Of a stretch of DNA of 64,000 nucleotides, positions 26,461-39,300 are shown piece by piece. This DNA is from Raillietiella orientalis (lineage: Eukaryota): NCBI GenBank assembly GCA_036172245.1, contig JAYWIR010000012.1:1674001-1738000 (forward strand), read 5' to 3'. The position numbers and the translations under genes are program-made. The notes under the pieces were generated by a model, which saw only the letters and a program-made list of their open reading frames with translations, ran no database searches and was not told where the DNA came from. How positions within the stretch are numbered: the first letter of the stretch is position 1; every line of letters begins with the position of its first letter.

Positions 26461-27419
26461 ATTTACAGGCTGAAGAACTTTCTTTGACCTCAAACCCAAT
26501 GCTCCATCCGAGAGATGAAAATGACCTCTTCTCGTGAAGATTTGAAGCCAAGCGACACATCAGAGGGCACCATCGTTCCCGTCACCTCCACCATACGGAA
26601 GGGGATGAGAAGCAGCTGCCCTCAGCTGCAGCCATAAAGGAGTGCGTTGGTAGGCGTCATGCGAGCACTCCGAGGAAGAACTGCAAGAACTCCCTTCTCT
26701 TTCCTTTCCAGCTTCCCGCAACCCAGTACCGATATTCCACCCATCGGCTCCATCCCCACATCCCCGCCCACATCAGCGAGCCCTGTTCTTGCGCGGTAGA
26801 AGGCGGCGCTCCTGCTGTTTCCAAGAAACGCGACCGAACTCCGGGAAACAGGAAGGGGTCTCTGGTCATTCAGAAGGAAGTGGATGGCTTCGGTCCACTT
26901 GCTTGGTCCCTGCGTCCAAGATTAACACTGGGTCGCGCAGACGACCCAGAGGTCACAAAGCAGCAGATCCGAAGTGCATCCCTTGCACTCAGTGTGAGAC
27001 CTCCAGATCGAAGTGACCTTTCCAGGCTGTCCACTTCTTTCCCAAGAGGCAAAGCGGTTCGGGAAGAAAAGGGAAGGCTGCAGCTTCGTGCCGCGCTTCC
27101 CACTCAGCCCTCGCGGAAAGGAACTTTTCCTCTGCGCTCCTGGTGGTGCTTGCGTGAACTGGGAGGACATGCGTCGCTGTCCCTCGCAACGACGAGCTGC
27201 GAAGGGCAGAGACAGGCATGTCACCTACGTCTTTGACCTTCCTGTGCAGCAAGCAAGAGAAAAATCTTCAGCCCTCCCAAGTGAAGAACCCACCCAATTG
27301 ACTCTGACTGACGCAAGGACTCACCTGGGGACGACCCTCGCTCCCCGCTCGTGAGAGCATCTGCTTTTAAAGACGTCTGAAATTCGTTTGTTGCGTGTTC
27401 CATCGTTCTTAGCGGGGTT

Positions 27420-28205
27420 CCCTTTTTGGAAGGTTCTCAAAGGGTGCTGAAGAACCGTTCGCCTTCTAAGAAAAGGGGAGGTCACAAATCTCTTGAACGC
27501 TGTCCACGCCACCCGAGGATTCGTGTGGCTCTTCAAGTTAGAGGGCGATTCCGAATGCCCACCCTATAGACCCAGGAAGGCTCCGGAGCAAAGAGTCCTT
27601 TCCTCTCAAGCTTGAAGGTAGGAACCACGAAAGGAATCCCTTCTCTCTCATTCTCTCTGGAGGGACTTCCCGGTTTGCGGGGACCACCACAAACCGGGAA
27701 GGGAACTCGGAAAGCATCCACTCCTGAATTTCTCCTCCGGATGACACCCTCAAGGGAACCGCTTCCTCCTTCTTTGTTTCTTCCTCTGAAGAGAACCCCG
27801 AAGGGAAGCATTCCAGTTTCTCTGAAGGGCTCTCCCCGAAGAGAGCAGTGTGCTTCTGACGCTCTAAAGAGGCGACCCTTTGAGGAGGGTTTCAACCAGC
27901 TTCATGAAGCCGAAAGATAGGAGTGGCCACCGTTCACAACCGGAGGGAACCCCAAGGGGGTCTCTGGTTTCCGGAAGGACCCTGGAGGTCAATTTCAATC
28001 CAGGCCAGCCAACAGGGTATCCGACTTCTGGCTATTCCCACCAGTGCCGCACCCGAAGAGGCCAATTAGCGTATTCCTGCGATCCACACCCCTGTTCTCG
28101 GCGTAGGTTCTTCTCCAGGTGGGATTGGAACCCGCAACGCTCGGTGCCACACTCCGAGACCACAGCCACACGGCCTCCAGAGCGAGTCGTGTGGCCACAC
28201 GTGGT
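27420..28205 (-). mobile_element. SINE-like element copy E (near full length)
   Basis: Minus-strand head GGCCACACG...CGTGTGGCTG...GGGTTCCAATCCC, followed by the array and tail as in copies C and G. Confidence 0.8.
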
Positions 28206-30154
28206 GGGCAGGTCACCTGTTTTTTTTTTTTTTTTTTTGACCGTGCGGCTCTCACCTTCGACCACCGCGCGACCGTTTCGTAGCGCCTTCCATCGTGGGC
28301 ACACTCCCCCGCACTCAGGGCTTGAGAATCGCGTGAGGCACCAGGCGTCTCGGGAGAATGAGCTCGCGGAAGGGAGGAAAAAGTCCAGAAATCCGAGCCG
28401 GAATCCGAGCCAGCTTGAGCCATCCCACAGCACAGAGGTCGGAGACGGAGGAGGCAGGTCCGAGCGCGGAATCGGAGTTTTGACATGAGCTAGGCGAGGA
28501 TCCCTTCCGCCGTTGCCTTGGCAATCTGACCGTCTGACCGCACGTGGCGAGCGGCGTCGCCCTTCGGAAAGCGCTGATCTTCCTGTAGACTCCTGCATGT
28601 TGGGAAATTCCATTCCCCGAGATTAAGATCGAGAAGAAGAAGGGGGAAAAAAAAGAATGCGTCAGTTGGTCGTCAGATGATGGCGGAGCCGCCAAGGCCT
28701 TCGAGTCTGCGTCGAGGAGTACAGATGGTATCATCGGTCATCGGGAGTCCATGGAGTTCGCTCGTCTCCTTGGGAACCGGTGCGCCCCGGTCGGGAACTG
28801 TTGCTGCCATCCGGGCCAGCCGAAGGACCCTCGCCCGACCGCTCGGAGGGGAACATGCACGTCAACCAAGGGGTGTCTAAGCGACTCAAGCGACTACTGG
28901 CTCCCCATCGATTGTGAGGGCTCACCAGCAGGACGTCTTCGAGGATTCGTGTGCGAACCAAGGGTAGACGAGCAGACGCAAAACTGTCAGAGATGATTGA
29001 AAATCGGTGTCGAGGACTCAGGCAGATGGCGCTTTGTCTGGAGGAAAGCTCGCCGTTCCGTTGTCGGTGCTATCCGACAGTTCCTCCTAGAGGGAGCGGG
29101 ATTTGACGGAGGAAGATTAAAAAGGGATGCTTTCTGGAAGTGGACAACGGAGATGAGGTCCGATTTACCACCGGGCAGTCGCCCCGGAAGCTGTCTCTCG
29201 TAGCAAACATCTGCTGATCCTCGGCTTCAGGGCAGGTGCTCTGAGATCCAGATGATCAGGACAGACTGAGGACAGTTCCATCCGGTTCGCTTGAACGTGT
29301 CCCAGCAGGATGTCAGGAAGCATGCGGAAGGAGGACCACCACCGGGTGTTTTCCGGCGGGTTGCGACAGAGACGAAAAGGGACGTTCTGGTCCTCTTCCT
29401 TAGACAGATGGAAGTCTTGCTCCGTGCCGAACTCCGAAATGCCGCTTCAGAAATTCCAGAACTTCATTCCAGAAATTCCTCGTGGGCGTTCCAATTCGAA
29501 AGTTCTTGCAAGCCTGGCTCTCTTCCTCATGAGGAACTCTTCGTGTTGGACCGCCTCCGCTGACCTGAAAATCAAACAGTGGCTTTCGCCGATTTTCTGC
29601 CACCAAGAGGAAACAGCCTGAGGCAAAATGGAAGCGCAATCGCCGGTTCAAGGGAGAGCTATCGGTCGCAATCGCTCTCACGTGGAGGGTGACCCAAACC
29701 GGAAAACGGAACCGAAGAGAGCGTCGGGATAGCGGCGAGCCGAGCGAGTCCCGACCGTTGAAACAGCACCCTGAGCTTACCCCCTTCCTCTCCCACCCTA
29801 TGCAGTCTCTTGGGAACGAAGTGGTCGCTATCTCCATGAGCGATCTGGTATCTCGCATTTGGCATACCTTCGTATCTCGTATCTCTCGTATCTCCAGTTC
29901 GTATCTGTTTGCTCACTTGTAGGTCATCCCTCTTCACCATCCACTCCTCCTCCTCTCCCCAGCCATGTCCAATCAATCTCTGGATGCCTACTCCTTGGTC
30001 CGGCATTTTCTTCACTGATCTCGAGTTGGAGCTCCAGCACGCGAGAGCCAAAAAGAAGCGAAGCGCCGAAGAGTGATCCTCGTGGACAAGTCGAGAAATT
30101 CCCGCTGGAATGTACATCATCATCCTTGTGCGGTCGTCCTCCAAAGACTGGCGG

Positions 30155-30970
30155 CCACGAGGCCACACAACCACAGAGAGATGTCGCACGCTCGCGTTGG
30201 CGGCCGTGTGGCTGCGCGTGGAAACAAGCATTACTGGTTAGAATCCCGAAACGATTGGTACGAGGAAGCATCGACGCCGAGAACGGGGAGAGGAGGGATC
30301 ATAGGTTTCAGTGCCTTTCGCAGGATGATTCTGGCTGGCCTGCAGGCTTCGGGTGCATCACTGGCGGTAGCCGGAGATCGGATGTACCCGTTGACCGACC
30401 GGGATTGGAAGTTGACCTTCCGACATACTTTCAGGAATTAAGGAAGCAGTTCCTTTTGAGATTCCTCCCCGTTTGTGCAAATAAAGCTGTCTCCCGCCTT
30501 AGGGGGACCCTTCATTTTATACTATTGAGCTAGTCGATACCCCCCTCGGGGGTGGACCTCTCTAGAGCGTCAGAAGCGCTCTGTTCCTTTCGAGGTTCTC
30601 TTCAGAGGAGGAAGCAAAGAAGGTGCGGAGCGTTTCCCTCGGAGGTTCCCTCTGGAGGAGAAACGAGAAGCAACGCCCACAAATTAGAATTTTCCTCCTG
30701 CAAACCAGAGGTTCCCTCCTTAGAGGGTTTCTTCCGGAGAGAAAATGGAAGAGGCAGGTTCCTTCCGGAGACAACTGGGTCCAGGATTCCCTTCGGAAGC
30801 GTAAGAGGAACGGGACTTCTCCCTCTGGAGCCTTCCTGGATCCATTAGGTGGTCCCTACGAGGTTGCTCTCTATAACTTGGAGAGTCGCATGCACCCTCG
30901 GGTGGCATGGACGGTGTTGACGAGCTTTGTGAGCTCCCCCAAGGAGGCGAAGGTCCTCTTGGTTCTTCAG
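30155..30970 (+). mobile_element. SINE-like element copy F
   Basis: Head GCTCGCGTTGGCGGCCGTGTGGCTGC...GGTTAGAATCCC, array at 30540-30840, tail CCATTAGGTGGTC...ATAACTTGGAGAGTCGCATGCACCCTCGG. Confidence 0.75.
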
Positions 30971-31679
30971 CTCTTCAGCTCACAGAGGGATGGAGGAGGT
31001 TGTCTTTCCCCTCGAGCAGATGGTACAGTTGCGAAAGCAGCACGATTGGGTCGCCTGCAACCCTGCGCTACCCTTAGGCACTTCAGCGCTCGACTGAAGA
31101 GCGCCAACTGACAACTGTGCGGATTCAATCGTGTCCGGAAGAACGCCGTCTCCCTCGTTCCCTCAGCGTCCTCAAGATCGTGAGAGAGTGAAGCAACCCC
31201 TAGCATGCTTGACTAGCGGCGATGGCTGTCCTGTGAGCAAGAGAGGACAGTGGCCTACCGGTAGGGTGAGACTTCTCAGTGCTCGGATGCAGAAGCATGA
31301 GTCACAGAGCAGTACCGCCAAGTCCTGGAATCCTTGGCCAACGCAGGTTCACCTGGAGCTTTGCCAAAGGAGAAGGGGAACAGAACAGGGCACAGCGGCC
31401 GAAGGAAGGAGGGAGCAAAAGTCGAATCTGCCTCCGGGGAGCGGGCAGAGAGCCGCATGAGCTTTTTGAAGGTAGTCCGACTGCACTCTTACAGCTCAGG
31501 AGCCACTCGCGGCCACCTGCCTGGAACAAGGACGCGCCTGTGCTGCCGAAGGACTTCTGTTTCGATCGCAGAGGTGCAGAAACTTCGGGAGCTGCGATTG
31601 ACGAGGAAGCTGGTTTGGACAGCTTCGGTGAATCCAACTTTCAAGTTCGTCCCCAGATGAACTTGTGGTCCCTCCCCTC

Positions 31680-32030
31680 TCGTGTTCTTGGACTCTTCCG
31701 CCGAATTGGCATCACGTGGCGGGTTCTCTTTCTGCGCCGGGACACTCAGCATGACGAACGTCAATGCCTCGTGCTTGCGGGGCGAACGGTGCCACTGTGG
31801 GGCGATCGAACCGTTTGCGCACCTGTGGGTGGACTATGGGGCTGTCCGTTACGCATGGAAGCGTCTGGTGACGGCATGCTCCTGAATTCGAAGGACACCG
31901 CCCCTATGGAGTTCCCGTGCTGCTTCCTCGAGTTGCGTCCACGGATTTTCGTATTCGAGGCTTTTCCAGCAGCGGCGAAAACCACTCTCATCCTCTGCCT
32001 CGTGGATAAAGGGTGGCAGCTGCGTGACGC
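31680..32030 (+). mobile_element. Decayed LINE ORF2 C-terminal zf-RVT-like fragment
   Basis: ERCHCGAIEPFAHLWVDYGAVRYAWKRL fits C.CG..E...HL..DC..VR..W. A pyrimidine tract follows at about 32105-32170. Confidence 0.5.
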
Positions 32031-34888
32031 TATCTGAATGAAGTTACTAAAGAAGGAAGGGTCTCCTGCATGTCATGCAGGCCGTTGGAGGATCCGCCTA
32101 ACCCCTTTGTCTGCTTCTTCCTCATTCTCCTTTTCATTTTTCCCTGCTTCCTCCCACTTCACTCTGTCCTCTGTGCACAGTTGACCTGAGAGTCCGTGAC
32201 CTGTCCCAAACCAACCTTTGTCCCCTAGTGGGCACCTATTCCCTACTGCCATGCCTTCACATTAAGCTCCCCTCCTTAACCGGGTGAAGATCCAGGGGAG
32301 GCAGGAGATTTCTCCGTCACTCCGCATGAGCGATGATTGGAGCGTCTCCGCCGAGAGCAACGTCGAAGACCTCCACATAACCTCCGAAAGCAGCTTGGAG
32401 TGGTCAAACCAGAGAGGCCGAAGGGAACACCAGCCACTGTATGTCGAGCTTGATGGCGGGTGGGAAAGTCCTTCGAGCCGTCGTCTCGGCACTCCATCTT
32501 TTGCGACAGCCGACCTCTCTAAATTAGGTGTTTTCTGAAACCGCGGATGACAACTTCCTCATCTTTTTAGTGGCCCTGAACGCATACCAGGGCGTTTCCC
32601 ACGTCCTGAGATTCCTTGGCGTCTTCTCCTACCACAAGTGACTAGTGGATGCGTTCACTTGACAAAGACGTCCCTGATGGCTTCTAGACCCAATCCACCC
32701 TTCGGTGCAAAAGGAAAAAATCAGAAGGGCTTCCTACCCCTTCTCGGTGCCTCCATCTTCTTTCCTTCCCCGATTCGTCGACCTGAGTCTATGGAAACGA
32801 CACGGGTGCCTCACAAATCGTGGAGTTTGTTCTTGACGTCCGGGGTCTCCCTAGAAATCAGGGATAGCCTGTTTTGCTCTCTGAAATGAAGAAGCGGGGG
32901 GTTTCTTTTGTTTATGTGTGTGTGCCTTGTTTCATCAGGTTCTCGATTCGTCTTCGACCTGCCTGAGATCTTTGACCCATGCTTTTGACCCGTGGAATGT
33001 GCTCCATTGAGACCGATGCAGAATCGAACAGTTTCCGAACTCAATATGTCATTCTGCAGTCCTCTTAAGCGTATTTCGACCTGGGGAGTGCGCCCTGGGG
33101 CACAAAGTCCTTTTGATTCCCAGTGCAAAAAGCTCGTCCTTTACCTCTGTCTGGTGACCCCAGCCCTCTGGAGCAATTCACCTTCAAGATGCACTTCCTC
33201 CTCTTAACAAGTGTGAAAACGAGGGCGAACGCTTTCCTCGTGAGGGTATTGGTGCTGCTGCTGGGGAGTCACCGGCCAGTGATCCGCGTCCATCATTCCG
33301 TCTCACTAAGCCGTTCCACTCAGGTAGAAGAACTTTCTCCTCCGACCAAAGGATCGAAGTCGTCTCCATAACGGTTGTGTCCATCCTCCCTCCTTACTTC
33401 CTTCCATCCATCCTTTCTCCTCCTCCTTCCTCTCCTTCCTCCTACTACTTGCAAGACTGCCATTATCGCTATCACTACTTCTAGTAGTGGTAGGTTGCTT
33501 TCTAGTAGTTGCTTCTTCCTTTTTTCCTCTTATCCTTCAGTGCTTCTTTCAGAGGTTCCAGAAACTACCGTTCCTGTGGAATTGCTGCCATGCTGTCCAA
33601 CCTACCCATGGGCACCGGAAGCGTTGTCGCGCACATGGGGCTCTGATTCGCTCCCGAGGCTGTAGGAAGCTGACCAGCAAAGGAAAAGGTGGAGCCAAGA
33701 AGAAAGGAGGGGGGGGGAATTATTGGAAGGAGTGGGCAGGTGGCTCGAGCGTCTTACACTCGGTCTTTCTCAGCGCCGGTCCGCACCTTGTGATGGAGCT
33801 CCCTGCGCAGGCCACGTCTGACGAGGGAGGCAGGGAAAAGGGGAGGCGGGGGACGCCGTCCTCACGAGGCGCTGGGAGAAAGAGGGCGCTGCGGTGCTGG
33901 TGGCATACTCTTTTCCAAGTGGCTGGCGCTCCGATACCTCCGGAGGACACTTGCACTTGGCCGGTGAGAGACGCGCCCCGCAAGCTGAGGCCGTAGAGGA
34001 AGAAGAAAAAGTCGCCTCCTCCACTGCCTCCTTGAAGGGGGTGGTCAGAATTTTTTGCCAGCATTGTCCACGGGGGAGCGCGCGCATGCTTGGGATGCTC
34101 TGGAATGCTCCCTCAAGAAGTGCGGAGCCGCCACGGAAATCGAAACTGCCATCTAAACCCGTTTGGAGGGCGTTCCTGCGCCTTCGACCCCGCGGTTGTG
34201 CTCCTCCGACCTTGCCGGACTTCCTCCCAGCGCGTTCTTGGGGCCCGGGAGCACCTTCCTTCCCGAGGGGCACCTGCTTCACCTCCCGGAAGGAAACGAA
34301 AGGGAAATTCCGACTCACACTCGATCCTTTCTCCTATCTTCGACATTGAAAGATCCTCCCTCCTCTTCCGTCCGTCACAAAACACCCACGGGGCATGTCT
34401 CTAGAACATCGCCGCACGAGGTTCCTGCCGATGGAAACACTCGGCAGCAGAGCGTCCAGGTGCCAGGTGCGGACCTCGACGATTCATATCCTTAGGAAGG
34501 GCGGAGGGAGGAGGACCAGGGGAGAAGAGGACCACGAGCTCTTCCTTGACCTCCATCTCTCATGACCCTGTGAGGAAGCCACATGCCACCGTGGGGATTC
34601 TCGCTCCCGGGACGCGACGAAGAAATCTTGCCCTTCTGTATTGCCGTCACGTGCCTCTTTACCGCGGGCGGGAAGGGCGTGTGACCAGGAAGCTGGTCCT
34701 TTCCTTTGCCCTTCCACCCACCCCGGGTGACTCGCTATTTTTGCGAGAAAGAGCATTCGGCAGCGGCGGATCACCAACGATTCCTTTCTGCGTCCTTAAC
34801 CCGAATGCAGGTCTTCGCCTCTGGCCTCGGAGACACGGTGTCTGCACAGCATTCCCCTCTTCTTGCTGCTACTACTTCTGTTGCTGCT

Positions 34889-36311
34889 GCTGCTGCGCGG
34901 GGGAAGCGGAGAAGAGAGGGGAGGAAGGGCAGGGAAGGGGCCGCAGGGACTGCGCGGAGCGTCGTCACCGAGCTGCGAGACTTGGCGCGCGCCGAAAGTC
35001 AATCTGTCTGCGAGCCGACGAGTCACATGGCACGAGGAGCAGGAGAGAGAAAGAAAGAAAAGCTTGCCGACTCCGCCGCGGCGCGGAGCTGCGAACACAC
35101 TCACTCAGATCGCCCCGTCCACCACAGCGGAGAGCTGCTGTATCTTTCGACCATTATGTCCCGCTCCGCTTCGCTCCCCTCCTTCGAGCCTCCATGCCCG
35201 ACCTAGCGTCCAACATCGCTGCTGCACCCTTTCTGTGGCTGAGGGGCAACAAACAACTGCTCCAAGAGGTCGACCTCTAGAACACTCTCCCTTCTCCTTG
35301 TAGAACGGGAAGTCCCCCATCCCTCTGTCTAAATGCTGAATGAGGCGGGGGACAGAGGCACGAAGGACTTGGGAAAGAGGAGATGGGTAGGCCCCCTGAT
35401 CCTTCCTCTCCTCGCTCCCTCGACCGCAGCTCCTGATGTTTTCCCTCTGGAGGCTCCTCGAGGCTTTTCCGTGCCTGCTGACCCCCCCTCTAGTAGTGGG
35501 GTCGACTCGCTTGCACCACCGCGAAGCGGATGGCGCGTCTGCTCCGCCGCCCCGTCTGCTGCCAGCCAGGCCGGAAACGGATAACATTACCCCGTCCACC
35601 CTTGTCCGGGACCGCCGAGGGCACCTCTAGGCTTCTGGGCGAGAAGACGGTGCCCCAGCGCGCGTTGGTGGACAGGTCTCCTTGCCCTTCCGATCTCCCG
35701 ACCCATTCCCAGCAAGAGAGGAGACGCTCCGGTCGTCCGCCAAGGGACGCAGCGCCCATCCTCCTAGAAAGACGCGCCTTCCGCCTGATCAGGAAGGCGA
35801 GGAACGGCGGCACCGGGTCGGTTCTTCCCGCGGGGCGATGGTGCTCCGTCTGTTCGCAGGACGAACGAGGTGCCAGCAGTCCGAGAAGCGGCGGCGCCCC
35901 TTTACTGCTTCTCGTCTTCGTCATCAGTTAGGCGATGGGTTCAATGGGAGTAGAAAAAATGGGGCAAAAGTTGGAGAAAAAAAAAAACAAAGATAGGGTG
36001 AGATGCCCGCTCGCGTGACAGCTGCGTCATAGCAACCGCCGCCGCCGCTGCTGCGCCAAGTGCTGTAGCGGAAGTAGCGAGCTGAGCTCGTGCGTCCTCA
36101 GCGACGCGACGCGGCGGAGTCGGCAAGCTTTTCCTTCTTTTTTTTTTTTTCTTTCTCTCTCCTGCTCCCCGGGCCATGTGACTCGGCGGCTCGCAGGCAG
36201 ATTGACTTTCGGCGCGCACCAAGTCTCGCAGCTCGGTGACGACGCTCCGCACAGTCCCTGCGGCCTTTCCCCTGCCCTTCCCTCTCTTCCCCGCTTCCCC
36301 CGCGCAGCAGC
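34889..36311. repeat. Long inverted repeat: arms 34889-35108 and 36082-36311, ~1-kb spacer
   Basis: For example GGAGCGTCGTCACCGAGCTGCGAGACTTGG and CCGAAAGTCAATCTG in the left arm have exact reverse complements in the right arm. Confidence 0.9.
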
Positions 36312-39300
36312 CCGCCGCGGCGGAAGCGACGGCGGGCAACCGGTGTCGGTGGTGGCGACAGCAGTAGCAGCAGCGGCAGCTGCAGCAGCGACGGCGGGCG
36401 GCATCAGCAAGAAGAAACGGCGGAGGCGGCGGCGACGGCAGTGACCTTCGCGCGCACGCGCGTGCCATTTCGGGTAAGTTGACCCAGGCGGCGAGTGTTC
36501 GTCACGCGTGCGCGCGGGAGGCACACGAGAAGCTCTCCTCCTTCCCTGCTTCCTCCCTTGCGGCGAATTTGCGGCAAAAGGTCGTGGAGGGCGGGACCCG
36601 TGGAGCAGGGAGGCTGCCGCGGCCGCGCGCATAGGGAGGGCGAGGAGCGAGCGGGCATGGCACGGTCCTGGCGCACGGTGCTGCCTCTTCTTCCCTTGGA
36701 GGTCGCCCGCGGCATCGCCAGCGCCTTGGGCAGCCAAACGCCTCCCTTCTTTCACCCTTCAGACGACGACGCGCGCGCCACCTGAGACGGCGGCAGTCGT
36801 TTCGCCACTCCTCCGCGAGAGGCGTGCCCGCGCCCGCGCGGCGGTGCCTTGCCTCCGCTCCTGGGATTTTTGAGGCGACTTCGCCCGGCACGAGTAGCAA
36901 TGGGGCAATGGAACGACGGAGAGACTTCCAGAGGAGGAATAAGGAAGCCGCACGCGCCACGGGAACGCAGAAGGCCCTCAGAAAGGATCCTAGCTGGTGG
37001 CACATCTTCGCCCGCGCGTTGGTTATCCGAGATTTGGGACGAGCTGCGCCACCCCACTGACCACGGCAGAGAAGAGTCCCTTCCAGGATCTTTTTGAGAC
37101 TCATGGGAGGATTCCGGAGAAGCCGCAGGAGCGGACAACCGCGCACTTCCCGGGGGAGAATGAGAGGACCAGGAAGGACACCCTGGGATTTCCTCCTCCC
37201 CTCGGGACGTGTGGGGCGACCTCCGGGGATCAGGGAAGTAGGGACGACGCTCATCTTTCTTCTGAAAGGGGGAAGGAGAGGAAGGGGACCGACATACGGG
37301 GAGGGCTCCAAGGGTCAGAAGTAAAGGATCACGTTGTGAAAGTCAGTGCATCCGTCCCAACCCGAGGTGTCGAAGGTCGCCAGTCCGCAGAGACGATCTC
37401 CAGAGTCACCAGGGAGCACACCTGGCGACATCGGAAATCGCAGAGCAGGGGAATGGGCGTAGGGAGCAGAAGGGTGTGCCGGGATGCTGCGAGAAGCTGC
37501 TGGCTGCTCCCCCCGGCAGCCCGCGCAGATCGTCCGGCACCTCAGCCTTTCCTCCCGGCTGTGCCCCCGGCGACTCCCGGAAGCGAGTGCTCTTTGGTGC
37601 CGGCAGAAGCACGGAATGCCTGGCGCCAGAGAGGGTCCCTACGGGGGGCGAAGAAATACCAGGGGCCAGGGAGGGGAAGGGTCGTCTCCATTGCGCTCGC
37701 ACCGGAGGTGCCCCAGAATCCTCCGGAAAGTCAGGGCATCGGAAACTTTCGGGGCGGAAGGACGATGGGCAGAGCACCGGTATTTTCCTGTTGCCAGGGG
37801 CAACTCAGCTCCGCTGAGTGGTGTGCTCTGGGAGTCCGAAGGAGTTGCCAGCAGGCGGACGGGGACTCGAAGTCCGGGACCCGCCCGAGGACGAACGACA
37901 GGACGCAGAGTTGCAGGCGTGGCAGGAGGAGGAAGATGGATCGCGCTGGCGCCTCCATCTTCCCGTTTCCCTTTTTTTCCCTTACGACGATCCCTCAGGG
38001 GTGTCCTCTCCTTACTGGCAGCCCTTCCTAGCCAGAGAATTTTGTCGGTTGGACCCAAAGCCTCCTCTGTCGCCGGCAGGAAGGTGCCACTTTCCGGGCG
38101 GCGATCCTTCACCCGCTCCCCCTCTCCCCCCTCACCTCCTTCACCAGTGCCTTGTTGCGAGCGATCCCGCGCACGGGCTCTCCCGAGGCGCAGCCGTCCT
38201 CACAGGAAACCGGCAGGGTGGAACTTTCCGCCCAGGTAGCGCCTCCAGGAACTACGCAGAGCGCCTCTCTGGAAGGAACGCAACTGTGCATCCCTAGACA
38301 TACTCCCCTTCCGACCATTCTTCATCATTAAAGACTTAACAAGCCTTGTGCCACTTGCCTCGCCCTGCGCGCACGTCTCCCGGAGACCTGCGGAGATGCT
38401 TCTGCTGCCGCCGGCACGCCCCCTCTGGCAGACGCGCGCTGCCGCCGCCTCCCGGATGGCTTCCGCAGGGTCGGCTGCCGGCCGCGCCTCGCGCGACTCC
38501 TGGCGGCGAGGCCGCGAACCGATATCGGGTGCCTGCCGGGAGGAGGAAGGGAGGGGAAAATCCGTCCCGGGGCCCACAGAGGGCGAGTGGAGGGACAGTG
38601 CTTCGGAAGGTTGCTCGAAACCGGGGAGTCCGCGGCGCCACCACTTGCGGCGGTGGCGCTTGGGAAGGACCCACCCCTCCCCCGGGAATCTGTGAGAAGA
38701 GCGCGCGCGTCGCCTGGTGGAGGACCGCGGAAGCAGCAGGAAGAGGCTAGAGGCGGAATAGGTCGCGCGTGGCGCTCGCCGTCGCCCGGCGCGACGGCTG
38801 CGAGCGCTGGAGACGATGGCGGATGACCTTCGGCAAACTCGCGAGGCTGGACGGCCCCGCTCTGGGAAGGAATCTCGTCACCCGGACGACGCGGAAAGGG
38901 AAAGTCCCGGTGGGTAAAGGAGGCCTCGGGGAACTCGCCGAGGCACACCGGCCGCCTGCGCAGTCGCGCCCGCGTAGGAGGGTAGCAGTCAGGTCTCGCC
39001 CCTAGGAACGTGGAGGATGGGTCCGGGCTCACGCTTCAGGGAGCTTAGGTCTACTCCGAGACGCTCCGACGGGCTGGGAGGCGAGAACCCGAAGACACGC
39101 CTATGCATGGGACTTCTCCCCATTCCACTGTAACCTAGGGGGCAAAGAACGGGAGGATTGCTGAGCGCCGAGGTGGACCCTGAGGGATTGGCGGCTGGAA
39201 AAGGGCAAGGCTTGGGAGTGGCGGGTCCGGAAGGGCGAAAGAGGAGGGGTACGTCGAAGGCGTTGGCCAGCGCGCGCGCGCTGCTTCCGAGCATCACGGG

